A DNA stretch of 64,000 bases from Mugil cephalus (GCF_022458985.1 NC_061776.1:8386591-8450590); one strand, 5' to 3'; positions 1-13,110 are shown, numbered from the stretch's first letter. Notes: generated from the letters alone by a model not told the origin. A program made the numbers and translations.

Positions 1-800
1 GTCTTTTGTAAACGTCAAATAATCTGCACGTTGATTTGTGAAACCAACGTACGAAACCTTACATAAAGGTCAAGTGATTTTTTATCAGTGTTAAAGTTTC
101 AGTGTGTGGTGTAAGGAAAGTATTCCTGGCACCTGTTCAGTCAGGATCTAACTTTTATAAGTTCCTGCTTCCTTCTTATCGGTTATTTCATGTCATGGCA
201 GTGACAATCCAAACGACAAGTGCCTCCACCTCCAGGTCAACATCACCATGAGTTTCAACAGAGCTCATGTTTATTATGACTCACATGGAAAGTTTTTAAG
301 CCCTAAACGCTCAGCATTCCTCTATTGTTTTCTGTCAGGTGGCTCTGTGAGTTGGTAAAATCATTGTATCGCATGATCTCATTGGTCATTTATGTCATAC
401 ACTCATTCAAACTCATTTTAGCGCCTGAACCTGGATTTTTTTTTTTTTTTTTCATTTACCTTCCAGTCATTAGTTCCCTTTCCAGTGCTCCAGCCATTTT
501 TCTTTTCAAACCAACAGCACTGTTCGCTAATAGCCATGAATTGAAGGGATCAAATTACTGAACATTATGGGATTTTTGAAATTATTGATCGGACAAATCT
601 GAAAATTATCGTACGTCTGGTAAAGCTGGTTTGTATCTTTCATGCTGCTAACTGGAAACATGTGATCTCACCATGTTATTTTGTCAGGCTTTGACATTCA
701 TTTATGTTCAGGACTACTGCAGGAGCACATCCAGTATCTTTTACAACTTTACCAGGGTGAAATGTACTTATTTTTACTTGTCCCTGTGCCATTCTTACAG

Positions 801-857
801 ACCAACGAGAAAAAAACTAAGCGCCATAATCCATTTATGTCTCGTACTGCAGTCAAG
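801..857 (+). CDS. Gene A basic micro-exon, 19 codons TNEKKTKRHNPFMSRTAVK
   Basis: Acceptor cttacag|acc and donor aag|gtaaag. Length is a multiple of 3. KRHNPFM motif recurs at 1150. Confidence 0.5.
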
Positions 858-952
858 GTAAAGGTTGGCCTACTGTTGTATTGTTTCATACAGATTTAAC
901 TGCTAAGCCAAGGCTCAAGACATTAATTAATTCCACTGTGATGTTTTATCAG

Positions 953-1039
953 GATGCGTCTGATGATGAAGGGCTGAAAGAAGAGTCTTCGTCCAAAGAT
1001 GAAAACAAAGAAGAGGAGGGAAAAACCAAAACAGAGGAG
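953..1039 (+). CDS. Gene A acidic micro-exon DASDDEGLKEESSSKDENKEEEGKTKTEE (3' end uncertain)
   Basis: Acceptor ttatcag|gat. In-frame acidic peptide. The only nearby donor is a weak gag|gtctct. Confidence 0.4.
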
Positions 1040-1149
1040 GTCTCTTTTTTTTTTTTAATTTCCTCTATTTATCTGTAATTAATACATAAGGAAAATTCAG
1101 CATTCGACCTTTTCACTGTAACACTGATATTCTGCTTTTTTCTTTTTAG

Positions 1150-1200
1150 ACAAAAGTCAAGAAACCCAAGAGACACAATCCCTTCATGCCTCGGGTCAAG
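1150..1200 (+). CDS. Gene A basic micro-exon, 17 codons TKVKKPKRHNPFMPRVK
   Basis: Acceptor tttttag|aca and donor aag|gtaaca. Paralogous to the exon at 801. Confidence 0.55.
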
Positions 1201-1707
1201 GTAACATTCAGACATGTGACATGCACAGACTTGTTCTTGCTTTTAACAAGCCCTCCACTCGTTTCAGATAGTCTCTGCTTGTTATCCTGTGCTAAAGCGT
1301 TAAAAGAATCCAGATCAGTAGACTGACTTGAAGGCCACAAAGACGAACAGAACTTTTATTTCATTTATTTATCGACATTTTCTCATCAGTGTTGTTATAC
1401 GATATCATTTCTGGCTTGTAGCTGTAAAAAAACAACACAAACTATCACAGAATGTGTCATGTGATGTCACATGAGCCACCGTGCTGTAGTTGGTTTGTTT
1501 ATGAAAAGCTGTGCGTAAGCTGAGCACCATTATACCGTAACACAAAATTCTGCAGCTAATGCATCATTAGTATCGGCTGAAACACTCTCAAGAGAAGGTT
1601 TTGTAGAATGTACTGTGGTTTTTCTCTTTTTAATTGATTTAAGAGCAGCTCCTCAGCCTCATTTCACTCTACTCTGCCACTAGTTTTCCCTTCGGGGATG
1701 AATAAAG

Positions 1708-1730
1708 TAATCTATCTATCTATCTATCTA
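1708..1730. repeat. (CTAT)n microsatellite
   Basis: Direct read. Confidence 0.9.
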
Positions 1731-2740
1731 GTTCCATTTCCCAAATAAAAATACAAGCGTTAGTTCTTAAATTTCGATTAAGTACAATTTCTCTTTGTAC
1801 GTGTTTCCATTGAAAAGTGTTGTGTGAATGAGTTGTAACTCTCATAAACTCTTACGTTATCCCATAATTATCTTAATTTCTCGTCTGGTCACATGACGCC
1901 CTGCTTCATCTCTGGTGATGGGGATTGCGAAAAAAGTGTTTCCATTGCATCAATACGTCTGGAAAAAAAACACCCCTCGAGAGCAGAAAACTGTTTTAGC
2001 TTTAGATATTTGAGAGGTTTTTCAAAATGTAGTTGTTTTTATTACCATTTTTATTACTATATTTAGGTTTTGCACATTTCTAGAGGGAATGGAAACACAG
2101 CAACTGATGCTGATGAACTGACCTGAAGCATGCAGGTGTTTGAGCGTAAACCAGAACCAGACTCTACAACCAGAGTTGGATTCTGCACAGATTAGTTTTG
2201 GAAATGTGCAAAACATTGTAACAGGGAATATGAAGTCACTTGTACAGCTCCAGAGCTACTTCAGAGCTCCTTGTTGTTAATTCTCTGACCTCTATTGGAT
2301 TTAGATTCAGACTCATAGAACAAAGTGGCGGAGACTCGTGTCTGACGCATTACTTCAGAATTTCCCCACAAGTCAATGAGATGGGTTGAGCTCGCGTGAC
2401 CGTAAAGATCATAGCATGTGATCTTCATACTCACCTGTCTTTTTTTTTTTTTTTTTAATCCGCGCCGCTGACTGAAAACATGTGATCTCGCCATGTTATT
2501 TTGGCTGGGTTAGTGAGTTTGCATAACTGAAATTCTACCGTCATGATCACGTCACCAACCAGTTACACAGCTGCAGAACACAAAACCTGAAGGAGAAGAA
2601 ACTTTCGCTTGAATTATTTTGGTTGATTAGTGACTTTTTTCCTAACAAATTCTGAATTTGTCTAATAAAATTAAAAGCTGTCTTACAGCCTTTATATTGA
2701 TGCCGTGTTTTAATGGTGTGTTTGTGTTCTTTGATTTCAG

Positions 2741-2776
2741 CCCAAAGTTGTTCAGATGCAAGATGATGAAGCAGAG
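2741..2776 (+). CDS. Gene A acidic micro-exon, 12 codons PKVVQMQDDEAE
   Basis: Acceptor gatttcag|ccc and donor gag|gtaaag. Phase 0/0. Confidence 0.45.
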
Positions 2777-3389
2777 GTAAAGAAAATAAAATGTTCACGG
2801 TTGTTTGTGTATTTGCCCACCAGAGACGTGATCTTACTCATTGTGTTTCTGGATTATAAAAGGCCTGTTATAGTCACCTATCCCCTCCTTTCCTCCACCC
2901 AGAAAACACCCTCTGTCCTCCAGTCATTTATAGACTGTGTCTCTAGGGTGTTCCCTCAGCTCCCAGCAGACTCCTCTAGTCAACGCGGTTTGTTTTTTTC
3001 TTCTCTTCAGCTGTTGACATGCGTCCCACCCCCACCTTGACACGGAGTTTGCATGTCCGTAGCATTGGAAGATGAGACTGAGATTAGGCTGCAATGTGCC
3101 CAGACTTGTTTCTCTGCTTCCCTTTTTTTTTTCCAACAAGGCCATGGAAGATTCTGTGTCTTTTTACTTCTGCAAAAAACAGCAGAAATATGGACGCACG
3201 CCCAGACTCCCTTTTACCATCACTTCCTTTTATCTGAGCTTTGAACAATGAAACTGAGGAAATGTGACACATGATAAGTTGTCTCAGCTGTCTCTTCAGC
3301 TACACTACACACCCAGCCTACATGAGAATAACATGAATGTTAATAGTGACACAGTAATATTAAGCTTTATTTACTTTGTGTTGTCTCAG

Positions 3390-3467
3390 AATGAAGGAGC
3401 AAACAGGTCTCTGTTTGACAAGCTGGATGATTTTCGTCTCGAGCCCTCTCAGCCTGAAGACAGTCAG
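3390..3467 (+). CDS. Gene A exon, 26 codons NEGANRSLFDKLDDFRLEPSQPEDSQ
   Basis: Acceptor tctcag|aat and donor cag|gttagt. Phase 0/0. Confidence 0.55.
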
Positions 3468-3567
3468 GTTAGTGACTTTTTTATTTTTTTTTAATTTATT
3501 TAAAACAGCCTGCGTCTTCCTAGTTTCAGTAGCCACCATTAACATGTCATGTAACGGTGTCTTTCAG

Positions 3568-3607
3568 GATGTGGAGAATCTCATGGACTGGTGGAACACA
3601 GTGGAGC
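3568..3607 (+). CDS. Gene A linker exon DVENLMDWWNTVE (ends in phase 1)
   Basis: Acceptor ctttcag|gat and donor c|gtaagt. Homologous to the gene B exon at 40004 (ESDELMDWWNTVKGW). Confidence 0.65.
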
Positions 3608-3952
3608 GTAAGTTTTAGACGAAATGTTTGTCACTTTTGAGAACTCATCAGATCAGGACACCCCTATTTTGGTTTTAGACATCAGTGCCAATGACACACC
3701 ACACAAAGCCAGACAAATTATTAAACTATCTGACAAGTTTGGGTTGGAAGGACCTGACTATTCTGCACAGAGCCCATTAAACACCTATGAACCTATGAAT
3801 GAATAAGCTGAAAACTACAAAACGAACCTTGTGAATGTCGGCTGAGTGGGGAAAATGCCCACTGCTAGGTTGTCTTGATGACCACATACTTTTAGTCCTA
3901 TGATGCATGTAACACAATGAATAATCATTGTTTATTACTTTTACTTTGTCAG

Positions 3953-4004
3953 AATGGGAAGACGTATCTCAAGATGATGACATGACAGAAAAAGAAGAGG
4001 CCAA
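3953..4004 (+). CDS. Gene A acidic exon (Q)WEDVSQDDDMTEKEEAK (phase 1 in, phase 2 out)
   Basis: Acceptor tttgtcag|aa and donor ccaa|gtaagt. Phases join 3568-3607 to the 4952 exon cleanly. Confidence 0.6.
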
Positions 4005-4951
4005 GTAAGTAAACTTTCTTTTTGCTCAGGTTTTTAAATCTCTGCATCTTAAAGGTCCACTATCTAGACTCCAGTAGAGTCAGAACAGTGAATTCATTAT
4101 TAAAACTGGATAAGATTTTACAATCCCATGTGCCAAGATCCCAGGCAAAACACATTTAGGAGCCCAGTCCAACTGAAAGCCGACCAGCAGGCTAGCAATG
4201 AGCTACCAGCTAGCAACCAACTAGAAGACACCAGCTAACTAGCCTAGCCAACGGCAGTAGGCAGTATGCCGCACATCATTGGTGTTTTCTAGTGAATAAT
4301 AACATTTAGAAAAGGAGATGTATTTTAACTTATTCTATAAAATAAGTTGGCTAAAATATGTGCATATATGTGATTTATTTTTATTTTTAGAATGCAGCAT
4401 CAGCATCTGGATCTCAGTTTTTCCACAATCCATCCCAACCTACTTCTAATTAGCTAGGGATGTTAGTTTAATAAGAGGAAAGCTGCGTTACTCTCATTCC
4501 ATTGGCAGGCAAAATTAATTGACTGCCTGCATCAATTTTTTTTTTCTAAATGTTAGACCGGAGATCCGGCACGGTGCTGGATACTTTAAGCCATGTGTCA
4601 ATATCGTGAGCAGCATATGATATTTCAAAATTTGGGGTCAATAAAACCACCATTATCTGCTCCAAAAGGCATTAAAGAAAGGAAACTGGACTTGTAGAAC
4701 GTCTTGAAGGCGTTTTGCCACTCATCCGCGTAGCTTCTTCAGTTCTAAGGGGCAAGTTGAGGTTTAAAAAAAAACACTGTGGGGGAAAAACCCATCAGAA
4801 ACATGCTTGACATGTTTCTGTAATAACCAGAAACTGCCGTCACCATTATCTGTGTCCTTTACTAGTGGTAAATGAGATGAATGGCCTTTTAAGATGGAGT
4901 GATCTATCATCTCAGACTTTGCTGTGTACTCTAAATTCCTCTTTTTTTCAG

Positions 4952-5909
4952 GGCATTCGCTTTGACTGCAGAAAAAGTTCAGAAGGGCATCCGTGTCTTC
5001 AACAAACTGTTCTCAGAGCGCGCTGAGAGCCTCTGGCAGCACGTCATCGACCTCAACAGCATCGCAGACGGCCTGGACAAGTTCAACAAGAAGACAAAGA
5101 TCGCTCAAATCACCGGCGGCTCCACCAGCGCCATCGGAGGCGTCGCCACGATCGCCGGCTTCGCCCTGGCCCCTGTCACCATGGGAACCTCCTTGATCGT
5201 GACGGCGGTGGGATTGGGCGTCGCCGCGGCAGGTGGTCTGACGTCGGCAGGTGCCGGTATCTCCAACCAGGTCAACAACTCCATGGACCGCAAGAAGGTG
5301 GAGAAGATCGTGGAGGACTACCAGGAGAAGATACTGGACCTCAACAAGTGCCTGAAGTTCATCAAGCAGGGTATCGAGAACCTGCGCAAGTTCGACCTCA
5401 TCAAGATGAAAAAACATGCATACAACCAGGACTTCCCTGTGCTCAGTACCAGCTTCTATGAAGACGGTGCCATGGCAGGAAAGGCGATCCTCATCAACGC
5501 CAACGAGATCATGCGCGTGGTGCAGATTGCTAACGTGGCAGGCAGCACGGCGGCCAGAGCGGTCCAGATCGCCAGTATGGCCACCGGCGTGCTCACCGGA
5601 CTCTTCGTAGGGATGGACATCTACTTTGTGGCCAAAGACTCCAAAGAACTCAAGAAAGGGGCAAAGTCGGAGTTTGCTTCTAAAATCAGGGAGGTGGCCA
5701 CGCAGCTGCACGACGGTCTGGTGGAGCTGAACTCGATCCGGGAGGAGCTGCAGTCCACCCAACCAGAAAACAGGAAGAGCAGCGAATCAGAAGCCGTGGA
5801 CACTGAGAAGAACGTGAAAGATGACAAGTACGAGAGTTCGGATGAAGATGAAATCGATCGCATTAAAAAGGCCATCAAACAGGACATTGAGAACCGGGAA
5901 TATGTTTGA
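4952..5909 (+). CDS. Gene A terminal exon: complete ApoL domain in one exon, stop TGA 5907-5909
   Basis: Acceptor tttttttcag|g. The 315-aa ORF has a Gly/Ala-rich hairpin (LAPVTMGTSLIVTAVGLGVAAAGG) and the ApoL signature LFVGMDIYFVAKDSKELKKGAKSEFASKIREVA. GC3-rich. Confidence 0.9.
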
Positions 5910-7699
5910 CACATGACATCCCGCTTATTATTAAGTTTTGTTTGTTTGTGCTTTTTAAAATAAGGATAGATTGAAACATTCAGATGAATGTGTTTTTGAG
6001 TGTATGGAAGTGTATGGAAACTGAAATATCATCTTAAAATTTCATCAACATTTACAGTACTCCGGTAGGAAGTAAGGCATTGTATCATAACTGCTTCTTG
6101 GGTATCTGTGCCACTTGGTGAAAGGTTTCGAGAAAATGGGATTCAGATTTAATAATATTTTTCAATAGCAACAATTAAATGGGAGCAGTAGCATTAGTCA
6201 GTTTTAATATGTTGTTTGTCAGGATTAAAACTATTTCCTGACGTCCTGTACTTGAGGGAAATGAACGCGACATTTTAAAGTTAGGGTGATCAGATATGTA
6301 AAGATTGTGACTTATAAAAAATTGACCTAAATACTTTCTTTTAGTTTGTAGCTTGTTTCAAATTTGTGATTCTCTAGAGTTAGGGCTGCCCAAATCCACT
6401 GTCTAAACAGGAAGTCCCAATCCTTTGTAAATGCAGTGTAGTTTAGGTTTAGGGTGAGTAGGAAATATCTGGTTAAACTAAACTAAACAATGTTATATCG
6501 GTATGTAGTTCTACTGTTTTAGACTCTTTTGTAGCATATTGTGTTAATTGCCAGTTAACATAATGTTTTCTAAACTAACTCTAAAACTTCTCAGTCTGAA
6601 CTGTCTAAGCCGGTCACATGTTAGCAAGCTAACGTTAGCTCTGTTGGCTGGTTCCACTAGCTAAGCTACTGTTTAATCAAGTTACTGACTGTAAATATAA
6701 TTGTAGCAACTAATATAGATATGATGAATGGTTTTTGTGGAGCCACATGGATTAAACCAGTTATGTGTTTACTATTAATATGAACAGCTGTGCAGTCCAG
6801 GCTGCATGTGAGGAAGACACAATTTGCCAAATGTTTTTTTTTTTTTCTACAGAGTTAGCCGTTTGGTTTTCATTAACATTTCCTCTCTGATGAGGTGTTT
6901 TAATGGTTTTCGTGGTGTAAAACAGTCCATTGTTTGATAACTGGAATGACAGGGTGGTGAAAAACCAATCTGATTCCTGGGAAAAACCGTTGCCGATTTC
7001 ATTTGAGAATCAAAGGTTCGATAGTGTCAACGCTATAGTCTCTTTAGGGACAGTCATATTTATTTTCCTTTTTTGTCGTGGGTGAAGTTGATCATTCAAC
7101 AGTACCATTCCTGTGCAATATATTTTCACTGTGTAATAAATGTAAATATTAAATTAAAGGCCTGAGAAACATTTTCTGTCAATGTTTTGTTTCTTTATAC
7201 AAGTGGACAAACACTTAATTTCCTTCTACCCACAACACGAGCCACCGTACAGTTGGTTAGTTGCTATTTACCCAGTGAATACCAAGATAAGCTTGTTTAA
7301 AGTGTCCCGCTCTGTTTGCTTCTCTTAAGAGATTTCCATGACAAATGTAGGTAAGTTTTAGACTAACTGTACTGTAGGTGAGGTTTTCTAGCTGCATGTG
7401 TCCTACTGTTTAAGGAAGAATCTTGAAATAAAACACAAATTCATAAATAAAGTAAGCATAGTAATCTTTAATTTAACCTGCATGTTGGTGGTGACACTGA
7501 TTTATGTGTATATATATATATATGGTGTAATTCAAGACCAGTTAATTTAAGCATGACATTTTTAACACGCATTTGCTAATAATCACATAGCAACCAAGCT
7601 AGGACATTACAATATGTTTTACTATTATTTCCATGCAAACTGTTAAATTTGTCGTGCTAGCTAGTTATTAGCTAGTGAGTCTCCAAGCCCAGTATCCGC

Positions 7700-8280
7700 A
7701 TTGTGGACCCTACAACTCCCTGAGTTTCATCAATATTTCTTGGTCTCTAGTCACCACGTCTGCTCCTCTTCCCGACGGCCCTCTTTGATGACGTCACATG
7801 ATGTTGACCACGCCCCCTTGTGCACTTCTACATCACACAGCATCAGCTATTTGCAATAGTTTACTCTATAATTTCTTTTCATAAATCATAAATGAAAGAC
7901 TAAATATAGATTTTTTGTATTTCTCCATCTGCATTAGTTATTTATAGATATTTTTGGATAATTATTTCAGAACATAATGTTTGATATAACCGTAAATTAA
8001 CAAACTGATGCATCAGCGTTTTGAAGTCAAGATGACTCCTGCCTATTTACTCTTCTGTTTTCGAGATCAGCACTCACCGTCGTCATGTTATTTACACGCT
8101 GTGGACTCACATGAAACTGATGAGTCAGATTTGCCACAGAAACAGGCAGCACACAAACTGACCACGCCCCTCTCACAGGTGAGTCCACAGTCAGAAACCA
8201 GAAAGGAGACAAAAGGGGTTTCAGGTCGCGCGCATCTTCTCCGTTTACAACACGACAAAGCAAAAACAGGTGAGATTTGA
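7700..8280 (+). promoter_or_regulatory. Candidate promoter or 5' non-coding exon region between gene A and gene B. It has a full CRE palindrome TGACGTCA (7789-7796), two CCACGCCCC GC/KLF boxes (7808-7817 and about 8160-8170) and splice donors cag|gtgagt (8177) and cag|gtgaga (8265).
   Basis: Motifs read directly. A function is not demonstrated. Confidence 0.25.
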
Positions 8281-9559
8281 ACAATGGTCTTTTTGATAAG
8301 TGTCGCTATTAAGCATCAGGTGTGCAGATTAAGGTATTAAGGTGTGCAGACTGAGGTACAGACGCTCTAGGGGCGTGTTTTGGTTTGTTCAAGATGCTTT
8401 GTTCGACTCGTAAATTGTGTTGCCTTTGGGTGGTGTCGTTCATATTTGTGTTACTTAGAGCGGTGGTGAATGCGGCTGAAAAACGTGGGAATGTGAGTCT
8501 GACGGGTTGTTGATGAGTTCAGGTGGAGCTCATTCTGACAGTGATCGATATCCACACAACTCTTTTGCATTGTTTTGCCATAGTGTTGTTTTTTTGAGGC
8601 AGATTTTTGTTTTCCACTCTTTCTGAGGCAACAAATTCATCAATTTGGCGGATTTAGATCAAGTATTGTTGAGAATTTCATTATCACACCCAACAGTAGC
8701 GGAACTAGCATGATCCCTATTTTATTTCCGTTTTTTTTTTTTTATTTATTTCATATAACTCCAGTTTTACTTTAATTAAACAACCTCATCGTGCAATGGA
8801 ATAATATAAGATTTCATATAATTGTCTTTTTTTTGCCAATTCTTCTGGACAATAAAGGCAGAAAATAGAAAAACTATAATATAATAAAATAATACAAATA
8901 GGTAAACAAACATTTTTTTTAAATGTAGGCATGTAATACAATAAATACATTTGTAATTTATTTGAATAAGATTAAAAAAAGATTAATGAAAACCATTCAT
9001 CTACAAGACTAAGAGACAAATCAAATCTATGATAAATGCTGAATACATGATAATTTTGCTGATTATTTGTCAGATTGGAAGCTATTTACCATAGACACGT
9101 AAAGAAAAAAGCGTCAAAATAATACAAAACTCCTTAATATATAATAATAAATAATAAAATTGATATATATATATATATTTAAATTTCATAAAGAATTGAG
9201 TTGTTCGTGTAATATAATAAATACAGTTAATAATATAAATAAGATACTAGTAAAAACAGGCATTTTTCTCCTAATTAAAGAAAATAAATAGATAAAAGAA
9301 ATGTACATAAACAAAGTTAAATAAATGACCCTCCTGCTAATTCCTTGTGATTAAAGAGCAATTTCTTAAAAATTTAAAACAACCACTATTTAAAACAACC
9401 ACTTGTAAAGACACATCCTGTGGTCGTGAAAAAGGTGAAGGGTCCAAAAATCATTGGAAACTACTAAAACTGGGGTAAGAACTGACCAACGCATTATTAA
9501 AAACTGGAAGAAAGGGATCAGAAAAAAACCCTGATTGATTGTTTTGGGCGATCACTTGA

Positions 9560-10135
9560 ACGTTTGGTGAAATCAAATTGAATAAAAACAACAGTACTCA
9601 GGGATATGTTCAATAGTGAATGAAAGAGAATTTCCACACGTTCAATGTGAAGGGAACTCAGGGACTGAACAGCTGTGTAGCCTTAAGAAAATCACTAATC
9701 AGTGAGGCTAACTGGGAAAAAGGGCTTCAATTTGCTAGGGAGCATAAAGATTGGACTCCGGAGCGACGGAAGAAGGTCATGTGGTCTGATGTTGGCCTGT
9801 TTCAAAGTGATGTGCAGTGCAACGATTTTGGGTTTCTGCAGTTTTTTAAGTCCAGGTTCAGCAACATTATCCCAAAGAATGAGGTCAAATGACTGAATAT
9901 ACTGAATGACCAGCAATGGAAAGAGAGGTTCAGGGAGCGTGAGACACTACAGAGTCCAGACCTTAATCCCACCGAGGATCTTTGGGATGTGCTGGAGAAG
10001 GTTTCGCACAATGGTCAGACACACCCATCGTCAACACAAGACCTTAGTGAAAAATGAATGCAACGCTGGATGGAGAAGCTTCTTACTGAAACAGTGCCGC
10101 ATTGAATTCATGCTGTAATCAAAGCTAAAGGCCGT
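9560..10135 (+). mobile_element. Tc1/mariner-like transposase fragment (degenerate)
   Basis: ORF 9620-9892 reads ..LQFAREHKDWTPERRKKVMWSD.. Downstream is ..QSPDLNPTEDLWDVLEK.. Both are Tc1 DDE-transposase motifs and are frameshifted. Confidence 0.7.
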
Positions 10136-10189
10136 ACCACGACCGCATATTCATATTGAAAAACAAACAAACAACAGAGGACGAGGGAA

Positions 10190-10380
10190 AATTTTTGAAG
10201 CTGAGATTTCCGAGTTTCTGCGGCGCGCCTGAACACGCCGTGCAGATGTTGCGGGTGGAGTTTTAAAATGTCCTGGGAATGTGTTGCCAGTGAAGGAGCC
10301 GTCGGCTCTCTGTGTTTAGTTGATCTTCGCTCCAAGTTTAATAAGAAGCGTCTCTGAAGCGTCTTCAGCTCCTCCGGTAG
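10190..10380 (+). promoter_or_regulatory. Locally CpG-rich segment (gcggcgcgcctgaacacgccgtgcag..) with TATA-like ttttaaaatg, ending in donor ctccg|gtaggt. A candidate alternative first exon for gene B.
   Basis: Marked CpG density against a CpG-depleted background. The donor is read from sequence. Confidence 0.25.
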
Positions 10381-12000
10381 GTGAAAAACTAAACTAACTC
10401 TGACAGCAGCTGCATTTATTTCGACCGCTTTATATATTATAGGTTTATAATTTATAATTCATCGTCTGTTTCTTTTTGTTTTTTTCTTTCTTTTTTGATT
10501 TTTAGCATGAATGCTAGTATACAGAAACGCAAGCATAGACCACAAACTCTTTTTATTTCCAGTAAAAAAACGCTCAAAATGTACTCAAATAAACTCGGTG
10601 TGATAAGTTAGTGTATAGTTGAAACGTAGACTCCGCTACTGTGAACTATAATATGCACTTAAACATTGTACTTCTTGTACCTCATATTCAATTGTAGTTA
10701 ATATTGATGGCTGTTATTACTCAACACATGGATGCTAACACGTGCAGAGCTTGTAGACTGCGCTTCTTCATAAACTGCGGTGTTAATGTAACATTTTAGA
10801 GCTTACTTAGTTTGTATTGAACACAAACTGTGTTGGGGGGATTATCAGGGGAGGTAAACACAAACCTGCAATGTAGAAAACCTTTCATAGAATCGATTTA
10901 ATACACGTTTAGTTTTCTGGCACTTTCTTACTGCACGTTTGTCAAATCAAATCTGCTTCATTTGCCCTGTAAACATGTGAACACATAAAAGATTTGAGCA
11001 CACTTTGAGCTGTGGGCTGGCATCAAAGCATGCAAGGTTTAGATGCGTGGTCAAAGCACCCTCAGCCGTGCACATAGAGAGGATTGAACCAAAGCTGCTC
11101 CTCTATCCACTGGTGTCTTCAGATGCTTCAGAGTTTACTGGCTCCCTCCCTCCATTCATTGCCCGAGTCACCAGACTCATATTTTTATTTATAAGACTTG
11201 ATTACACTGAGCTCGTCCTCCTAGGTCCCAACCTTTGGTCACAGGACCTGCCGCCTGTCGCCAGCCTGCAGACCTGGAAATGTTTGCTGAGGGAAATTAA
11301 GTTAAAGAACTTAACATTGACTCACTCAGTTATTGTTGTGTTATTTGTGCTCGCTTCAATATCGATCGATGTTTGTTGCATTGATGTTCGCTGGCCAGGT
11401 CTCCCTCTAATAACAGGTCGCTGGTTAAGTAAAAGTTAAACCAATAAAAGTCTGTCAGGAAACTAATTTAAAAGTATTTTCAGTGCTTTAAAATGCAGTA
11501 TTAATAGTTTGTATTCTCACAGAGCCACAAGGTAATAAAAGTAATTAATTGTAGCTATTTTTAATCTGGTGCATCTTCTTTTAATGGAGTAGATTTTTTT
11601 TTTCTTGCTCAACACATCAAACTTACAGGTTATTAAATACTGGAAATAAACATTACAAGTGAAATGATTATTATCCTGATTGGCTTCTTATCTTTTATCT
11701 AGAGAACGTATAATAATGGAAATTGTGGAAAGTATTGTCAAGCAAACACACATCTTCATTCAAAAGTCCGATAGACTCTGTGTAACATATTTATTTTATT
11801 TAGACCTAATCACAGAGGACTAATGTTACCTGCGGACCTTTAATTATTTGTAATAATTTCAGAGTTTTTCTGTGATTTTAATCCAGGAATGTCTGTTTTT
11901 TTTAGTAAATATTACATCAAATCACCGACAATATTTTCACCCAAACACAGACACTGTGATAATACCACTACACTTCTTCTTCCTCAACTCACTCACGAAT

Positions 12001-12090
12001 TATAGAATAGAATAGAATAGAATAGAATAGAATAGAATAGAATAGAATAGAATAGAATAGAAAAGAATAGAATAGAAGTCATTATACAAT
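12001..12090. repeat. (GAATA)n microsatellite, about 17 units
   Basis: Direct read. Confidence 0.95.
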
Positions 12091-12380
12091 GAGATTGGAG
12101 TGCTTCTCCTTTTCAGTGCAAACATTTTCAAGCTAAAGTTAAAATATTAATACTAAAAAAAAATTCAAAATATACAAAAATTACAAAATATATATTGTTT
12201 TTTTTTATGGTAGCAGTGGTAAAGGTGTAAACATGTATTGCACAAGTTTTTGTTATGATTTGTTTTGTTTTTAATAAAACAGAATAGCAGCATCAGTGTA
12301 ATTGGACGTCTGTTATTCAGGGTGGTGATGTCACAGTGTTGATGCATGAATGTGTTCATTACATCAGTAAAGGTGGAGCT

Positions 12381-13110
12381 GATTTAACCTCCTGAGACCC
12401 TCATACGGGGACCTTAAGTCCTAGGTTTGTTGCAGCTTATTCTGCTCCATTTAGACCTGTTGTCCTCATAAGTCGACGCTTTTGTCTGAAATCTGGTGGT
12501 AGCAAAGGGACAATACAATCATTCATTCTACAGCTGATCACGGGACAAAAGTGGACAAGGCACAAAACATCATCACGTTTTCAGGATTAAACTTGTTTGT
12601 TTACGCTCTTTAACTTTTCTAGTTTGATATGACGCACAAATTTAACTAATTTTATCAATAGTAACGAGCTTCTACGTCTCTAATTAGCAAGTACTCGTTT
12701 GAGGACGTTGGGACTTAATTGTTTGCAACACAGCACAGGATTGTTCTGGGATTGAAATAGTTAATTTGATTTGATTAGATTAGAGTCTTTATTGTCATTG
12801 CACGGTAGCATATAACAATATACATTGCACAACGAGATTGAGGTACAGCTCTCCCGTCAGTGCAAAAGATAAATATTCAATAAATAACTAAACTAGACAA
12901 GGCATGTTCAACAAACTAACTAAAAGGACACTATATACAAATCAGAATGTAAACAGGACTGTATGATATTGCACTTAGAATGTAAACAGGATGCTCGTTG
13001 TATTACACAATGAAATAATCCATGTGGTCACATATGGGGAGGATATTCCCCCCAACTACTACTAGACTTTTTAGGTTCTTCAAATCCTAAATATCTTGGA
13101 GAAATTAAAA
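12381..13110 (+). mobile_element. MITE-like repeat family R1, copy 1 (terminus ttaacctcctgagaccc, internal inverted repeats cctcatatggggac / ccacatatgaggac)
   Basis: Near-identical to 26545-26960 and 47830-48290. Also present in reverse at 44040-44190. Confidence 0.6.

Larger units (their letters stand above)
801..5909 (+). other. Gene A: ApoL-domain gene (in-window part; further 5' exons lie upstream of the window)
   Basis: Eight in-frame exons with AG/GT boundaries. The terminal exon aligns to the human APOL1 membrane-addressing region (..DIYFVAKDSKELKKGAKSEFA.. vs ..DVVYLVYESKHLHEGAKSETA..). Confidence 0.75.

Noticed and set aside
5013-5762. 249-aa antisense ORF overlapping the gene A ApoL exon, and similar ORFs at 5105-5293(-) and 4993-5196(+)
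   Set aside because: These arise from the high GC3 of the sense coding strand. The sense frame has clear ApoL homology and the antisense has none (Arg/Gly/His-rich nonsense).
11005-11439. 144-aa ORF
   Set aside because: Overlaps an interspersed-repeat fragment (K-LK-L-LTHS-like teleost repeat signature). No splice context or homology.
12001-12090. Regular short direct repeats that could be mistaken for a CRISPR-like array
   Set aside because: A simple (GAATA)n pentanucleotide microsatellite in a eukaryotic genome, with no spacers.
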